Shown in pieces: positions 26,205 to 38,142 of a DNA stretch of 64,000 nucleotides. The stretch is from Eledone cirrhosa (lineage: Eukaryota). The notes beneath the pieces were generated by a model. The model was not told where the DNA came from. It made no database searches and saw only the letters and a list, made by a program, of their open reading frames with translations. The DNA lies in NCBI GenBank assembly GCA_964016885.1, contig OZ024742.1, positions 252,960,001 through 253,024,000 on the forward strand. The letters are read 5' to 3'. The first letter of the stretch is position 1; every line of letters begins with the position of its first letter. Both the position numbers and the translations under genes were made by a program.

Positions 26205-26421
26205 CTTTGTGCAAAAGCGGGCAGCCGAATTTAGGAAACATAGGGGATTCTTGAAGATGACCCAATGTCTGGACGTCCTACAACTGCCACAACCGAGGAA
26301 AACATTGATCTCAGTACTGCAACACCGATGGAAGAAGTGTGTGGAACGCAAGGGAGACTATGTTGAAAAATAAACCTCATTTGGTCACATTCCATGAGAG
26401 TATCTTTGTCAACCCTCGTAT
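26205..26421 (+). mobile_element. Internally deleted mariner remnant
   Basis: AAEFR...LEDDPMSGRPTTATTEENID joined to LQHRWKKCVERKGDYVEK*, ending in TIR-like caaccctcgTA. Confidence 0.8.
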
Positions 26422-26725
26422 CTATGCGTAATATACGTAAAGATACAGAATTGCGGGCATATTGTTGTCATATTTGTTGGTGAAAAAAATTTGATTATAC
26501 AACTTAAATTTATGAATGACTTGTTTTCTACATTGATAACCATGACTTGTTTTCTAATTTGGCCATTTTAAGGGCCACCTATATTTTCATTTATAGCGAA
26601 GATACTAGGTTGTATGAATGTAACAAAACGAGACATGGTTTGTGTATATAATATTTAATTAACGGTAGATAGTATAGTTGACATGTCAAAGATAGATGTT
26701 AGAATGAAACAAAGTTAGTAGTTAC

Positions 26726-26847
26726 CGTTTTGATTGCCAGGCAAACGCGGCTGGCAGAGGACGCCTGGCTAAGGCCAGGCGCCTGTTGGCCAAATTAATG
26801 GCAGAGCCAAATGTGAGGCTCTGACCTGGTGCCGAAAAGGCAAAGAG
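26726..26847 (-). other. Predicted non-coding first exon of a divergent gene
   Basis: Begins at a TCT motif, has no ATG, contains five short hairpins and ends at CG|GTAACT. Confidence 0.55.
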
Positions 26848-26920
26848 AGAAAGAAAGCTTAAAGTTGTTAGTTTTATAGGGCTCTGACCGGAAGTTGCAG
26901 AAAGGGTTCTACTTCCCGTC
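26841..26920 (-). promoter_or_regulatory. TATA + TCT (5'TOP) core promoter with ETS-type sites
   Basis: On the - strand TATAAAA starts at 26878, 31 nt before the C of TCTCTTT (26847). CCGGAAGT at 26888-26895 and a second GGAAGT near 26911. Confidence 0.65.
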
Positions 26921-27644
26921 TAGATCCCAATCAAAACAAGGGAGACAACCGCTACACATTTAAGTAACTCCACTTACATCGATATGCTTTATAACCATGA
27001 CTTGTTTTCTATTTGTTTTCTAATTTGGCCCTTTTAAGTCTTCCCTCTCTCTCTCTTCCCTACCTCTCCTCTTCCCTCTCTCTCTAAAAAAAAAAACGCG
27101 TGAAAACTCCACTTACGCGTGGTAGTAATACGGAAATAAACGATGTTGACGAGTGACGTCGCCTGTTTTCCACTGGACTGACAGCTAATAGCGTTGTAGT
27201 GCCGATATGACTAGTGCATCAGGGTTTTAGAGAAGGGATGGCCATTGATCCTGAGTAGAGTGGGAAATAGTGAAAGTGGGAGAATGAATAAGGTCGTTGG
27301 CGAGAGGAAGTGCGTCCTGCTGTAGAACATTTGCTAAAAAAGTATCATACGGAATATTTAACTGATCAAAGACATGACAAACTTCCTAGTGCTGGTGCCA
27401 CGATAAAATGCACTTGGTAGAGCATGGGATCGTATTTAAACAAGATGCAGGCCCCAGGCCCATCGGAGCAATCGATAGAGTGTGAGACCGTAAGCGAGAT
27501 GCAGGCACCACGCCCGGTCAGTAGTTCTGTTTTAGTACTGACCGGGCTGTAACGAATCTTCCAATTTCTGCTCGCAGGACAAACGGATGTTAAACGACGA
27601 CGACGATGATAATTATGGTGAAGTTGTTTTTAAAATATAAATAA

Positions 27645-27940
27645 TTGTTTCTACTTTAGGCACAAGGCCAGCAATTAACCAGTGCATTACTGGTACTTTA
27701 TTTTATCGACCTCGTAAGGATGAAAGGCAAAGTCAACCTTTTAAAATATAAATAATTGTTTCTACTTTAGGCACAAGGCCAGCAATAACCAGTACATTAC
27801 TGGTACTTTATTTTATCGACCCCGTAAGGATGAAAGGCAAAGTTAACCTCGGCGGGATTTGAACTCAGAATGGCAAGCGCCGTAACTCTATGCGTCAAAG
27901 CATGGTGTCCGACCCTCTACCGATACTGCCAATTCACCAA
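27645..27940 (-). mobile_element. Meta-domain SINE with a duplicated 3' part, between the two gene starts
   Basis: tRNA-like head (gagttcaaatcccgcc B box) plus Meta domain; ~100-bp tandem duplication. Confidence 0.8.
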
Positions 27941-28142
27941 CCTAAAATATAAATAATGACAAAGACTTATCTCCCTTAAAGCACATGTCAACTGTAAAAC
28001 CGGAAATATCTATTTGTTGGTATAAGACTCCAGAGTAAGCTCCCCTGTAACAAGTGATACACATGGCCAACGTTAAGAAAAAGTATTTCAATGCATGATA
28101 TATACATATACGCAACAAAGGAATACTCTTTAATTTGTATTA

Positions 28143-28413
28143 ATGGCTGTAGTATCCGCTGTAAGATCTACGAAACATTTTCGAAATGTTGTCGCTACAC
28201 CTAAACTATACCGTCGCAGTATTACAGCTTTAAACACGGTCTGTCCCAGTTTGTATAGATCGTCTGTCGATATAGTTTATTTACCATGTCGTTGGAAGAA
28301 TTCCGGCCAAGAAAAGGATTTAAGTTCTTTATTCCAGCCTCTGAGAGCTTCTTCCATAGTGAACAAAGACAGTGACAATATTGGTGCTGAGCTCAGTGGT
28401 ATACTAAATAAAG
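28143..28413 (+). CDS. SUPV3L1: SUV3 mitochondrial RNA helicase exon 1
   Basis: R/S-rich, acid-free N-terminus typical of a mitochondrial presequence. SLFQPL...DNIGAELSGILNK matches the SUV3 N-terminal motif. Donor AAG|GCAAGT, phase 1. Confidence 0.88.
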
Positions 28414-29570
28414 GCAAGTATGTGACCTTCGTGTATTAATTCGTATAATTTTTCGGAGGCTAGGAGAGTATGTCCCCTCTGGTTTAACAACAGAACAGCC
28501 TGATCGGTCCATGAATATTTCCACTAGAGTTCACTCTGTTACAAACGTTCGGATCAACCCGACACCCCGGTTATTCCTTCATCTACGTTCCCCCATCCAC
28601 CTATCCGCATCAATCTTACATGACTGCCAAAATCTGCAAAGGTCATAAACACTAAGAAAATGTACTTATGATTTAATAACTGCTGGTTCGACCTCGTTCC
28701 AAATGTCATACCTGCATTCAAGTTTTTCTTCTTTTCTTTAGTAAATGTTATATCATTTTTACTTTATTATTATAACATTTTAACAGAATTTGTACTTTCA
28801 ATAATTAATATACATATTTAATTCGTATAATTGTAAATCTCAAAGTATGAAAAGAAAACTTATTGTAAAGGAAATATGTAGGTGTGTGTGTATGTATGGG
28901 TATGTGTAATAAACATTGAATGAGGGGCTCATATTACTGTAAAATTACGGCGAAGCTTTGATGCATGTATATCATTATCGCCGTTTAATCTTCATTTCAT
29001 ACAAAACTGTTTCTGACTTGGTTTCTACGGCTGGATGCTTTTCCTAACGCCAACCACATTTACAGCATGGACTGGATGATATTATTGTAGCATCAAAACA
29101 ACCACTAACAGGTTGAACTGGGTAGTTTTCACCAGTATGACCATCTTACAGGGTGGACCGGGTGCTTTTTGTCGTGTCACTAATTCGACTACTTTACAGT
29201 GTGGACTGGTTTTTTTTTTATCTTGTCATCAACACGACCACCTTACTGGGTGGAATGGGTGCTCTTTTGTTATGTCACCAGCATGAGCACCTTACATGGT
29301 GGACTAGGGGCTTTTGTTGTGTTAACAGCATGACCAGCTTTTAGCCATTTTAGCAACTTTGTCGGGGAGTGTGTCAAGCTTTCCATGCTTGTATGCATGG
29401 GTTGGACAAGAGAGGTGTATCAGATGTGGAAAAGGGGTAGCTGTGGGTGTGTTGTGTGTATGAGGAAGGGGATTGGAGAGGTAGATCTAATGATGGCTAC
29501 TTAGCTGGTAAAGGGTGGATTGTTAAGACATGAGAGGTGTATGGAAGAGGGATATATATATATATATATA

Positions 29571-31612
29571 GCAATGTTAGTCGAGGGGAGTATAATAAGT
29601 AAGGCAATCAAGGATATGAAGACGGGTAAGGCGGCTGGGCCTTCGGAAATAGTTGCTGAGATGCTGAAGGCATCTGGCACGGTGGGACACACCATGGTCA
29701 CCCGCATAGTTAACCAAGTCGTACAGAATGGGGTTGTTCCGAAGGACTGGCATAGCAGCATCATCGTTAACTGTTATAAGGGTAAAGGAGACGCCCTAGA
29801 TAGGAGTAACTATAGAGGCATTAAATTAATCGACCAGGTCATGAAGGTCACGGAAAAAGTAATAGCGCAACTAATCAGAGAGAGAATTGACCTAGATGAA
29901 ATGCAGTTCGGGTTTGTGTCAGGCAAAAGTACCACAGACGCTCTTTTCATAGTACGACAACTACAGGAGAAGTACCTAGCTAAAGGTAAACCTCTCTACT
30001 TAGCTTTTGTCGACTTGGAGAAAGCCTTCGACAGAGTCCCCCGCTCCATTATCTGGTGGGCTCTTAGAAAACTAGGCGTTGACGAATGGCTTGTGAGGGC
30101 TATACAAGCCATGTATAAAGAAACAGTCAGCAAGGTTAGAATTAACAACGAATATAGTGAAGAGTTTAGCGTAAAAGTTGGCGTCCATCAGGGCTCTGTT
30201 CTCAGCCCACTACTATTTATTATTGCCCTTCAGGCTATAACAGAGGAGTTCAAGACAGGCTGCCCATGGGAACTCCTATACGCAGACGACCTGACACTCA
30301 TAGCGGAATCAATGGCCGAGCTAGAGAAGAAATTCCAAACATGGAAGCACGGCCTAGAGTCAAAAGGACTTAAAATTAACCTGGCTAAGACCAAAGTACT
30401 AGTTTGTAGGAAAGAAAACAAGGCGGCGGTCCCTTCTGGGAAATGGTCGTGCTCGGTGTGTAGGAAAGGCGTAGGTAGAAACTCCATTTTATGTCCTAAA
30501 TGCAAAGTATGGGTGCATAAAAGATGTAGTGGGATCACAGGTAAGCTAACTAAGAACATAGATTTTACATGTGGCCGGTGCTCTGGTGCAATAAGTAGCA
30601 GCAAGTGCCCACAAAATACTAGCTCTTTCAATTGCGCAGAGGGTTCTATAGAAATAGTGGACAGCTTCCGTTACCTGGGCGATAAAATCAGCAGTGGGGG
30701 AGGGTGCTCTGAAAGTACTGTAGCTAGAGTCAGAACTGGTTGGAAAAAGTTCAGAGAGCTTATACCACTATTAGCTGCTAAAGGGTTCTCCCTAAAAATG
30801 AAAGGCAGGTTGTACGATGCCTGCATACGAACAGCAATGCTGCATGGCAGTGAGACCTGGGCATTGTGTGCAGAGGATATACGCAGACTAGAGAGGAACG
30901 AAGCTTGCATGCTCCGCTGGATGTGTAACAATAATATACGTGAACGGCAAAGCATAAACGAACTAAGGAAAAAATTAGAGATAAGAGGGATCAGATGTTG
31001 TTTACTCGAGAGAAGGCTACGTTGGTATGGACACGTGATGCGCATGAAAGTCGATAGCTGTATAACAAAGTGCAGGGCAATAAAGATAGACGGTAGTCAC
31101 GGAATAGGCAGACCTAGAAAAACCTGGGACGAGCTGATAAACTCCGACATCACACACTTACACCTCTCCAAGACAATGTCACTGGACCGAGACCTTTGGC
31201 GGTACTCAGTAACAGAGAAGACCCGCCTTACCTAAATATATAGTAAAACCTACTCCAGCCAGTAGGCATCTCTAACAAAATACACCCCGTCCCACCACCA
31301 CCACCCCCACCCCATCCACACCACCCCGTTCTATGTAAAGTTATGTTGGTGCCGCGCCATCGAGGCCGAAACAAATGAGATCGTGTAGGTGTCACGACAA
31401 AAAAACACACAGTCCACGCTGTAATGTGGCCGTGTAGGCAACACGGTAAAAACCTCCCAGACCCACACTGTAAATGTGGTTGGTGTTAGGAAGGGCATCC
31501 AACTGTAGAAAACCTGCCAGACAGTCCTATGCGAGCAAGACAATCACTCTTGCCTCAAGTGGGACTACCCCCGTCCAAACCCATGCAAGCGTGGAACACG
31601 GACGTTAAACGT

Positions 31613-31652
<40 letters not shown>
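29571..31652 (+). mobile_element. PHD-bearing RTE LINE, 5'-truncated, RT frame open to the stop at 31235
   Basis: NYRGIKL, QFGFVSGKST, FVDLEKAFD, GVHQGSVLSP, YADD, C4HC3 insert, FRYLG. 3' UTR ends in (GAT)n. Confidence 0.95.
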
Positions 31653-31669
31653 ATATATATCATCATCAT

Positions 31670-33450
31670 TATTCGACTGTTTTCCATGCTTGCATGGGTT
31701 GAACGGGTCCTTCTCAGTACATCTCACTACTTGTCGCATTCCTTTGTCATCTCTGTGAGCTTCAGCAATTTGATACCAGCTCTCACCACTTCCATCCAGG
31801 TCTTCCTCTACTGCGGCTTCCTTCATCACCCAGCAGTCATCATCCATGTACATCACATGTCCATACCAACACAGTTTCCTCTCCTGCATACTACATTTGA
31901 TTCCTCTTATACCCAGTTTCTCTCTCAGTTCATCCATGCTTTGTTATTCTTACACATGAACATTGCACATCATTCAAAGCTCGCTTACCTCATTTCTCTC
32001 CAGCCTCTGCATTCCCTGCCCATGTCTCAATACCCTGCAGCATCACACTTTGCACACAGGCATCATGCAGATGACCTTTCGTTTGTAGGGAGAAACCTTT
32101 TGTTGTCAACATAGGTAGCTGTTCCCTAAACTTCTTCCATCATATCTGCAAGTTTACTTTCAGCCTTTTTGATTCTGAGTTCTGTTTCCACAGCTGAAAT
32201 TTATTTTCTAGTTCTTCGAGATGAACGATCAACAAAAGATAGATATAGAGACTTACTCTTAGCTAAGAACTTCTTTAGTAGCTGTCTTACTAAAAAGAGA
32301 GCATCTGTAGTGTTCCTCTCTGGCATGAAACTGAACTGCATCTCATCCAATTTGACTCTCCTCAGGGAATTGGCCTTGCTCAGTGTACAGAAAAGGAGTA
32401 GGTATAAATTCCATCCTATGTTCCAAGTGCAAGCTATGGGTACACAAGAGATGTAGTGGGATCCCAGGCAGGCTAACAAAGAATGTAGGTTTTACATGAG
32501 GTCGGTGCAATAAGTACCAAAAGCTCTCAGGATACAATCACCTTCAAATGCCAGAGGGCTCTATATAAGTGGTAGAAAGCTTCTATTACCTGGGTAACCA
32601 AATCAGCGGTGGGGAGGGTGTTCCGAAAGTACAGTAACCAGAGTGAGATTGGTTTGGAGAAAGTTCAGGGATCTACTACTGCTGCTAACTACAAAAGGTT
32701 TTTCCTTCACAATGAAAGGCAGACTGTATGATGCTTGTATAGGAACAACTATGTTGCACAGCAGTGAGATCTGGGCACTGTGTGCAGAGGATCTGTGAAG
32801 ATTGGAAAGAAATGAAGCCTCCATGCTTTGATGGATGTGCAATAGCAACATACGCGAACAGCAAAGCATAAATGAGCTGCATGAGAAATTAGGCATAAAA
32901 GGGATCAGATGCTGTGTGCAGGAGAGGAGATTGCATTGGTATGGACATGTGATGCATATGAAGGATGACAGCTGTATAAAAAGGTGCAGAACACACTAAG
33001 TTGATGGTAGCCATGGAGTAGGCAGGCCTAGGAAGACTTGGGATGAGGTAATAAGAGCTGACTTTGCTCAATTTCACCTCTCTAAGGTGATGACACAGGA
33101 CTATGACCTCTGGCGCTATGAAGTAACAGAAGACCCGCCCTCTATTATTCACGGGGCGGAGGCATACACCTAGTAGGCAACACCATTCCTTACCATCTCC
33201 ATTCCGACAAACGTCCCTCCCCATACCTATGTCCCCTGTAAAGTGGTTGTGTAGGCGACACAACAAAAAGCACCCACCACACACTGTAAATGTGGTTGGT
33301 GTTAGGAAAGGCATCCAGCTGTAGAAACCAAGCCAAAATCAGTTTTGTGTGAGTGAATCATGGTCCCCCAACCTAATCCCTCAGAAAGGGACAGCCTGTC
33401 CTACCCATGCTAGCGTGGAAGTTGGACATTAAACGATGATGATGATGATA
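31670..33450. mobile_element. Degenerate RTE fragments in both orientations
   Basis: - strand pieces at ~31670-32370 and a + strand PHD-to-3' UTR piece at ~32380-33450 with stops. Confidence 0.8.
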
Positions 33451-33561
33451 TATGTGTATATACATATATATATATATATATTTGTATATTGTTATACTTT
33501 GGGAGGGTCATGTTGCCAATAATTGTATATATATATGTATATATATATATATTTGTATATG

Positions 33562-33634
<73 letters not shown>

Positions 33635-33658
33635 GATGATGATGATGATATATGTGTG

Positions 33659-33743
<85 letters not shown>

Positions 33744-33993
33744 GATGATGATGATGATATATATGTATATATATATGGGATAACAAGTTATCGTTATAGG
33801 TAATCCAGTTAGAGGTTGTGAGTGCTCTGCGTTGTGGATAGTTTTAACGTACGGCTTTGTTTGACTCAACAAGATGTTTCCATAGTTAGGCAGCGAGTTT
33901 GCGGTAATTCCTATGCAGGTTATACTTGGAGTAGTAATAGTGAAAGAATGAAGAGTAACATGATTGGCTGTACAATAAGGGGTTTTATTTCAG

Positions 33994-34096
33994 GGATTGA
34001 CAATTGTTTCATTGAGTCTAGAGGTCGCTAATCGCTTGAAGTTGCATCACTCGATCTCCATTACATTATTTACCTCTGACCAACTCATCAGAATAC
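33994..34096 (-). ncRNA. Type I hammerhead ribozyme with extended stem II, in a probable Penelope terminal repeat
   Basis: gtatt-CTGATGA-gttggtcagaggt...acctctagactcaat-GAAAC-AATT-GTC-aatcc. An inverted partial copy lies at 34415-34480. Confidence 0.7.
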
Positions 34097-34530
34097 GAAA
34101 ATATAAAAATAATTTGCTCGAGGCAAGATATATATAGATGAATAACGTATAGTCAAATCAATAACATCAATAATAAAATATATATGATAAATAGGTAGAG
34201 AAGTTACAGAAGTAAAAAGTAAAAGATAAGTAAAAGATAAGAAAAAAATACATTAAAAAAGTAAGAAAATGGAAAATTATAAAGAAATAAATAAGGATAA
34301 GTGAGAGCATGTAAGTACAGAGTATGCTTGTAGTGGTGGTGAGTAAGTGTTCTTATAAGGATTCTGTGGTGGGTTTAGTGGTAACATGAAAAGTCATATT
34401 CAAAACTCACCTGATCAATGAAACAATTGTCAATACCTGAAATAAAGGCCCTTGTTGTACAGCCAACCATGTTACTCTTCAATCTTTTACTATATATATG
34501 TATATGTATATATATATATACATATATATA

Positions 34531-34566
<36 letters not shown>

Positions 34567-34589
34567 TATATATATGTATATGTATATAT

Positions 34590-35860
34590 ATCATCATCAT
34601 CATCATCGTTTAACGTCCATATTCGACGCTTGCATGGGTTTGGACGGGAGTTTTCCCACTTGAGGCAAGAGTGGTTGTCTTGCTCGCATAGGACTGTCTG
34701 GCGGGTTTTCTACGGCTGGATGCCCTTCCTAACACCAACCACATTTACAGTGTGGAACTGGGAGGTTTTTACCGTGTTACCTACATGGCCACATTACAGT
34801 GTAGACTGTGTGTTTTTTTGTTGTGACACCTACAAGACCTCATTTGTTTCGGGCTGGATGTTGTGGTACCAACATAACTTTACATTGAAAGGGGTGGTGT
34901 GGATGGGGTGGGGGTAGTGGGAAGGGGGTGTATTTTGTTAGAGGTGCCTACTGACTGTAGTAGGTTTCACTTTGTACTTAGGTAAGGTGGGTCTTCTCTA
35001 TTACTGTGTAGCGCCAAAGATCTCGGTCCAGTGACATTGTCTTGGAGAGGTGTGAGGTCGGAATTTATCAAGTCGTCCCAGGTTTTTCTGGGTCTGCCTA
35101 CTCCGTGGCTACCATCTATTTTTATTTCTCTGCACTTTTTTATACAGCTGTCGTCTTTCATGCGTATCACGTGACCATACCAACGTAGTCTTCTCTCGAG
35201 TAAACATCTGATCCCTCTTATTTCTAATTTTTCCCTTAGTTTGTTTATGCTTTGCCGTTCACGTATATTACTATTACACATCCAGCGGAGCATGCAAGCT
35301 TCGTTCCTCTCCAGTCTGCGTATATCCTCTGCACACAATGCCCAGGTCTCACTGCCATGCAACATTGCTGTTCGTATGCAGGCATCATACAGCCTGCCTT
35401 TCATTTTTAGAGAGAACCCTTTAGCGGCTAATAGTGGTATAAGCTCTCTGAACTTTTTCCATCCAGTTCTGACTCTAGCTACTGTACTTTCAGAGCACCC
35501 TCCTCCACTGCTGATTTTGTCACCCAGGTAACGGAAGCTGTCCACTATTTCTATAGAACCATCTGTGCAATGGAATGAGCTAGTATTCTGTGGGCACTTG
35601 CTGCTACTTATTGCACCAGAGCACCGGCCACATATAAAATCTATATTCTTAGTTAGCTTACCTGTGATCCCACTACATCTTTTATGCACCCATACTTTGC
35701 ATTTGGGACATAAAATGAAGTTTCTGCCTACTCCTTTCCTACACACTGAGCATGGCCATTTCCCGGATGGGACCGGTGCCCTATTTTCCTTCCTACAAAC
35801 TAGAACTTTAGTCTTAGACAGGTTAATTTTAAGGCCTTTTGATTCTAGGCCATGCTTCCA
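34590..35860 (-). mobile_element. PHD-bearing RTE LINE, 3' part
   Basis: WKHGLESKGLKINL...CSVC...CGRC...WYGHV plus 3' UTR; near-identical to 30341-31650 in reverse. Confidence 0.95.
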
Positions 35861-35879
35861 TATATATATATATATATAC

Positions 35880-36279
35880 ACGACCATGACTTCTGGCGTC
35901 ACACAGTAATACAGAGTACCCGACCTCTCATGGGTACAAGCTGAAGCATATAGACAATATGCCCCCCCCCCACCGCAAGGTGGTCGTGGAGGTGCCACGG
36001 CAAAAAAGCACCCAGCCCACACTGTAAAGTGGACATGTAGGCACCACAAAAAAGCACCCAGCACTCACTGTAAATGAGGTTGGTGTTAGGAAGGGCATCC
36101 AGCTGTAGAAATCAAGCCAAATCAGTTCCTGTATGAGCAAGGCAAGGTCAGCCGACCAGACACTGCCCACAACAGGACAACCCGTCTAACCCATGCTAGC
36201 GTGGAAGAACGGACGTAAAACGGTGATGATGATGATGATGATGATGATGATATATATATATATACACATGATGACACAC

Positions 36280-36336
<57 letters not shown>

Positions 36337-36489
36337 TATATATACACAAAAAAAGCACCCAGCACTCACTGTAAATGAGGTTGGTGTTAGGAAGGGCATC
36401 CAGCTGTAGAAATCAAGCCAGCATTAGTTCCCGTCCCACCCTTGCAAGCAGGGAAAAAGCGGACGTAAAATGAAATGATGATGATGATG

Positions 36490-36490
<1 letters not shown>
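35880..36490 (+). mobile_element. Short RTE/SINE 3' end copies
   Basis: Two gttaggaagggcatccagctgtagaaa modules, each ending in (GAT)n. Confidence 0.75.
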
Positions 36491-36574
<84 letters not shown>

Positions 36575-36576
<2 letters not shown>

Positions 36577-37620
36577 TAGTTCAAAAGGACAAATAAACAA
36601 ACAAATGCAGGAGTCAATAGTACATAGTGTTATTAGTTTCATGCTTAGAGAGAGTGGGGGAGGTTACAACGTTTTGGACATAAGTCCTTCATCGGGAAGT
36701 TGGGAGGAACTCTGAGAGGGAGTGAGGAGGGGAGTTAATTGTAAAAACATGAAAGGACGGCAGAAAATAGAAATAAACATGAAAATCGAAATAAATAGAA
36801 ACAGAATTGAAAGGAATATATAAAAAAAAACAACTAAAAAAAAAATGAAAGTGAAGGCTGTGGGAGGGGTGTATGGGTCCAGGATAGAAAGGATGTGGTC
36901 GTGTGTAAGGGGTGTGTGGAGGGGGAGGGAAAGCAAGAAAATTAGAGTCCGAGCAGGGATGGCGGAAGGTAAGGTGTGTTTGTATGTGTAGATGTGTGTG
37001 TGTGTGTGTGCATGTAAATGTGTGAGTCTGAGAGGAAGCGAGTGTATGTGAATGTGGGTCTTGAAAAACATTGTGTATGTGTTGGGGTGGAGTGTATGTC
37101 TGTACATGTATAGTCCCTGTATGGGTGTAGGATTGTGTGTGGATGGATGGGGTGAGATGATATTGTGTCAGATCCTGAGGCAGTGTGGGTGTATGTGTAG
37201 ATGTGCAAGTGTGTGTGTGTTTGTGTGGTTAAGAGAAGGGGATGCGTGGTTATGTCTGTAGGTAATGTGAGTTTGGGTGCAATGTGTAGTTGTGTGTGTG
37301 TGTGGAAATGGTGAAAGTGCCTGTGTGTGTCCAAGTTTCTGAATGGTTGTTTGTGTGTGTGTGTGTGGATGGTAAAATCTGGAGGTATGACGGACGGACT
37401 CGGCATTTAATAAATTCCCGGGTTCAAGTAAAAGAGAATGGCGATGAGGAAATGTGATGGTAGTGTGGCATGCACAACCAGAAATGGTCAAGTCGAAGGA
37501 GAGGGTGGAGGGGGTGATGATGGCAGGGCGATGTGTGAGAAGGAGGGAGGAGGTGGTGCTGGCAGAACAGAACAGAACTTGGTAGATGAGAGTGATTGGA
37601 AGTGATAGTACCTGACTCTG
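36575..37620 (-). mobile_element. Possible degenerate Penelope-like remnant
   Basis: Decayed hammerhead-like ccgatga-aggac ttat gtcc-aaaacgtt on the - strand near 36670-36697 and a C/A-rich body. Confidence 0.35.
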
Positions 37621-37802
37621 GTATCAATAGCTCATAAGACTTGTGAATTCTTAAAAAGTAACTAAATGTTTCACACCAATTCACTATTTATACATAGATA
37701 TTCCTAAATTAACCATCTTTTGAATTCTTTGAATTCTTAGAAAATGTAGAAAATTGGGTAAAATACCACTATAGAATCAGACTCAGCACCTATCAAATTC
37801 TG

Positions 37803-37867
37803 GGGGTCGTTTAGCTCAATGGCACAGAGTACTCAACTGGAATTTGAGAGGTACAGAGTTCTATTTT
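37803..37867 (+). pseudogene. tRNA-like remnant within a dispersed repeat
   Basis: tagctcaatggcacagag D-arm and ctcaa-ctggaat-ttgag arm; T arm and acceptor stem are broken. Confidence 0.45.
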
Positions 37868-38025
37868 CTATATTTTCTACTTTAGCAGGGAAGGTGTCTT
37901 TAAAACACTCGTTATATAATATATCACTGGTTGGATATATCACTAGTTGTATGACAGGACACAATTCATGCTAATTTGTTGTAATGTCATGAGTTATTTC
38001 TTAAAATTTTCATTCTCTTTTCCAG

Positions 38026-38103
38026 CTGATTTATTACAAATGTTAAACACATTTTATCAGAAGCCTGAAATAAGAGCTCTTGCTGCTGAGAATGGTTTAG
38101 ATA
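38026..38103 (+). CDS. SUPV3L1: SUV3 exon 2
   Basis: tttccag|CT...(A)DLLQMLNTFYQKPEIRALAAENGLD...A|gtaagt; 78 nt. Confidence 0.92.
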
Positions 38104-38142
38104 GTAAGTAGTGATTCTTTTACTTTTTATTACATTTTCTAT

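Noticed and set aside
26158-26373. Functional mariner transposase
   Set aside because: Only short N- and C-terminal scraps in different frames; the catalytic domain is deleted.
28414-28439. Single-exon 98-aa protein, or main donor at GT 28418
   Set aside because: SUV3 homology continues in exon 2 and requires the phase-1 GC donor.
30230-31045. Recurrent antisense ORFs over RTE copies
   Set aside because: They are shadows of the conserved sense frame and have no independent motifs.
36665-36700. Active hammerhead on the - strand
   Set aside because: Two core changes (CCGATGA, AAAAC) and no stem I; a relic at best.
37803-37867. Functional tRNA gene
   Set aside because: Acceptor and T stems cannot form.
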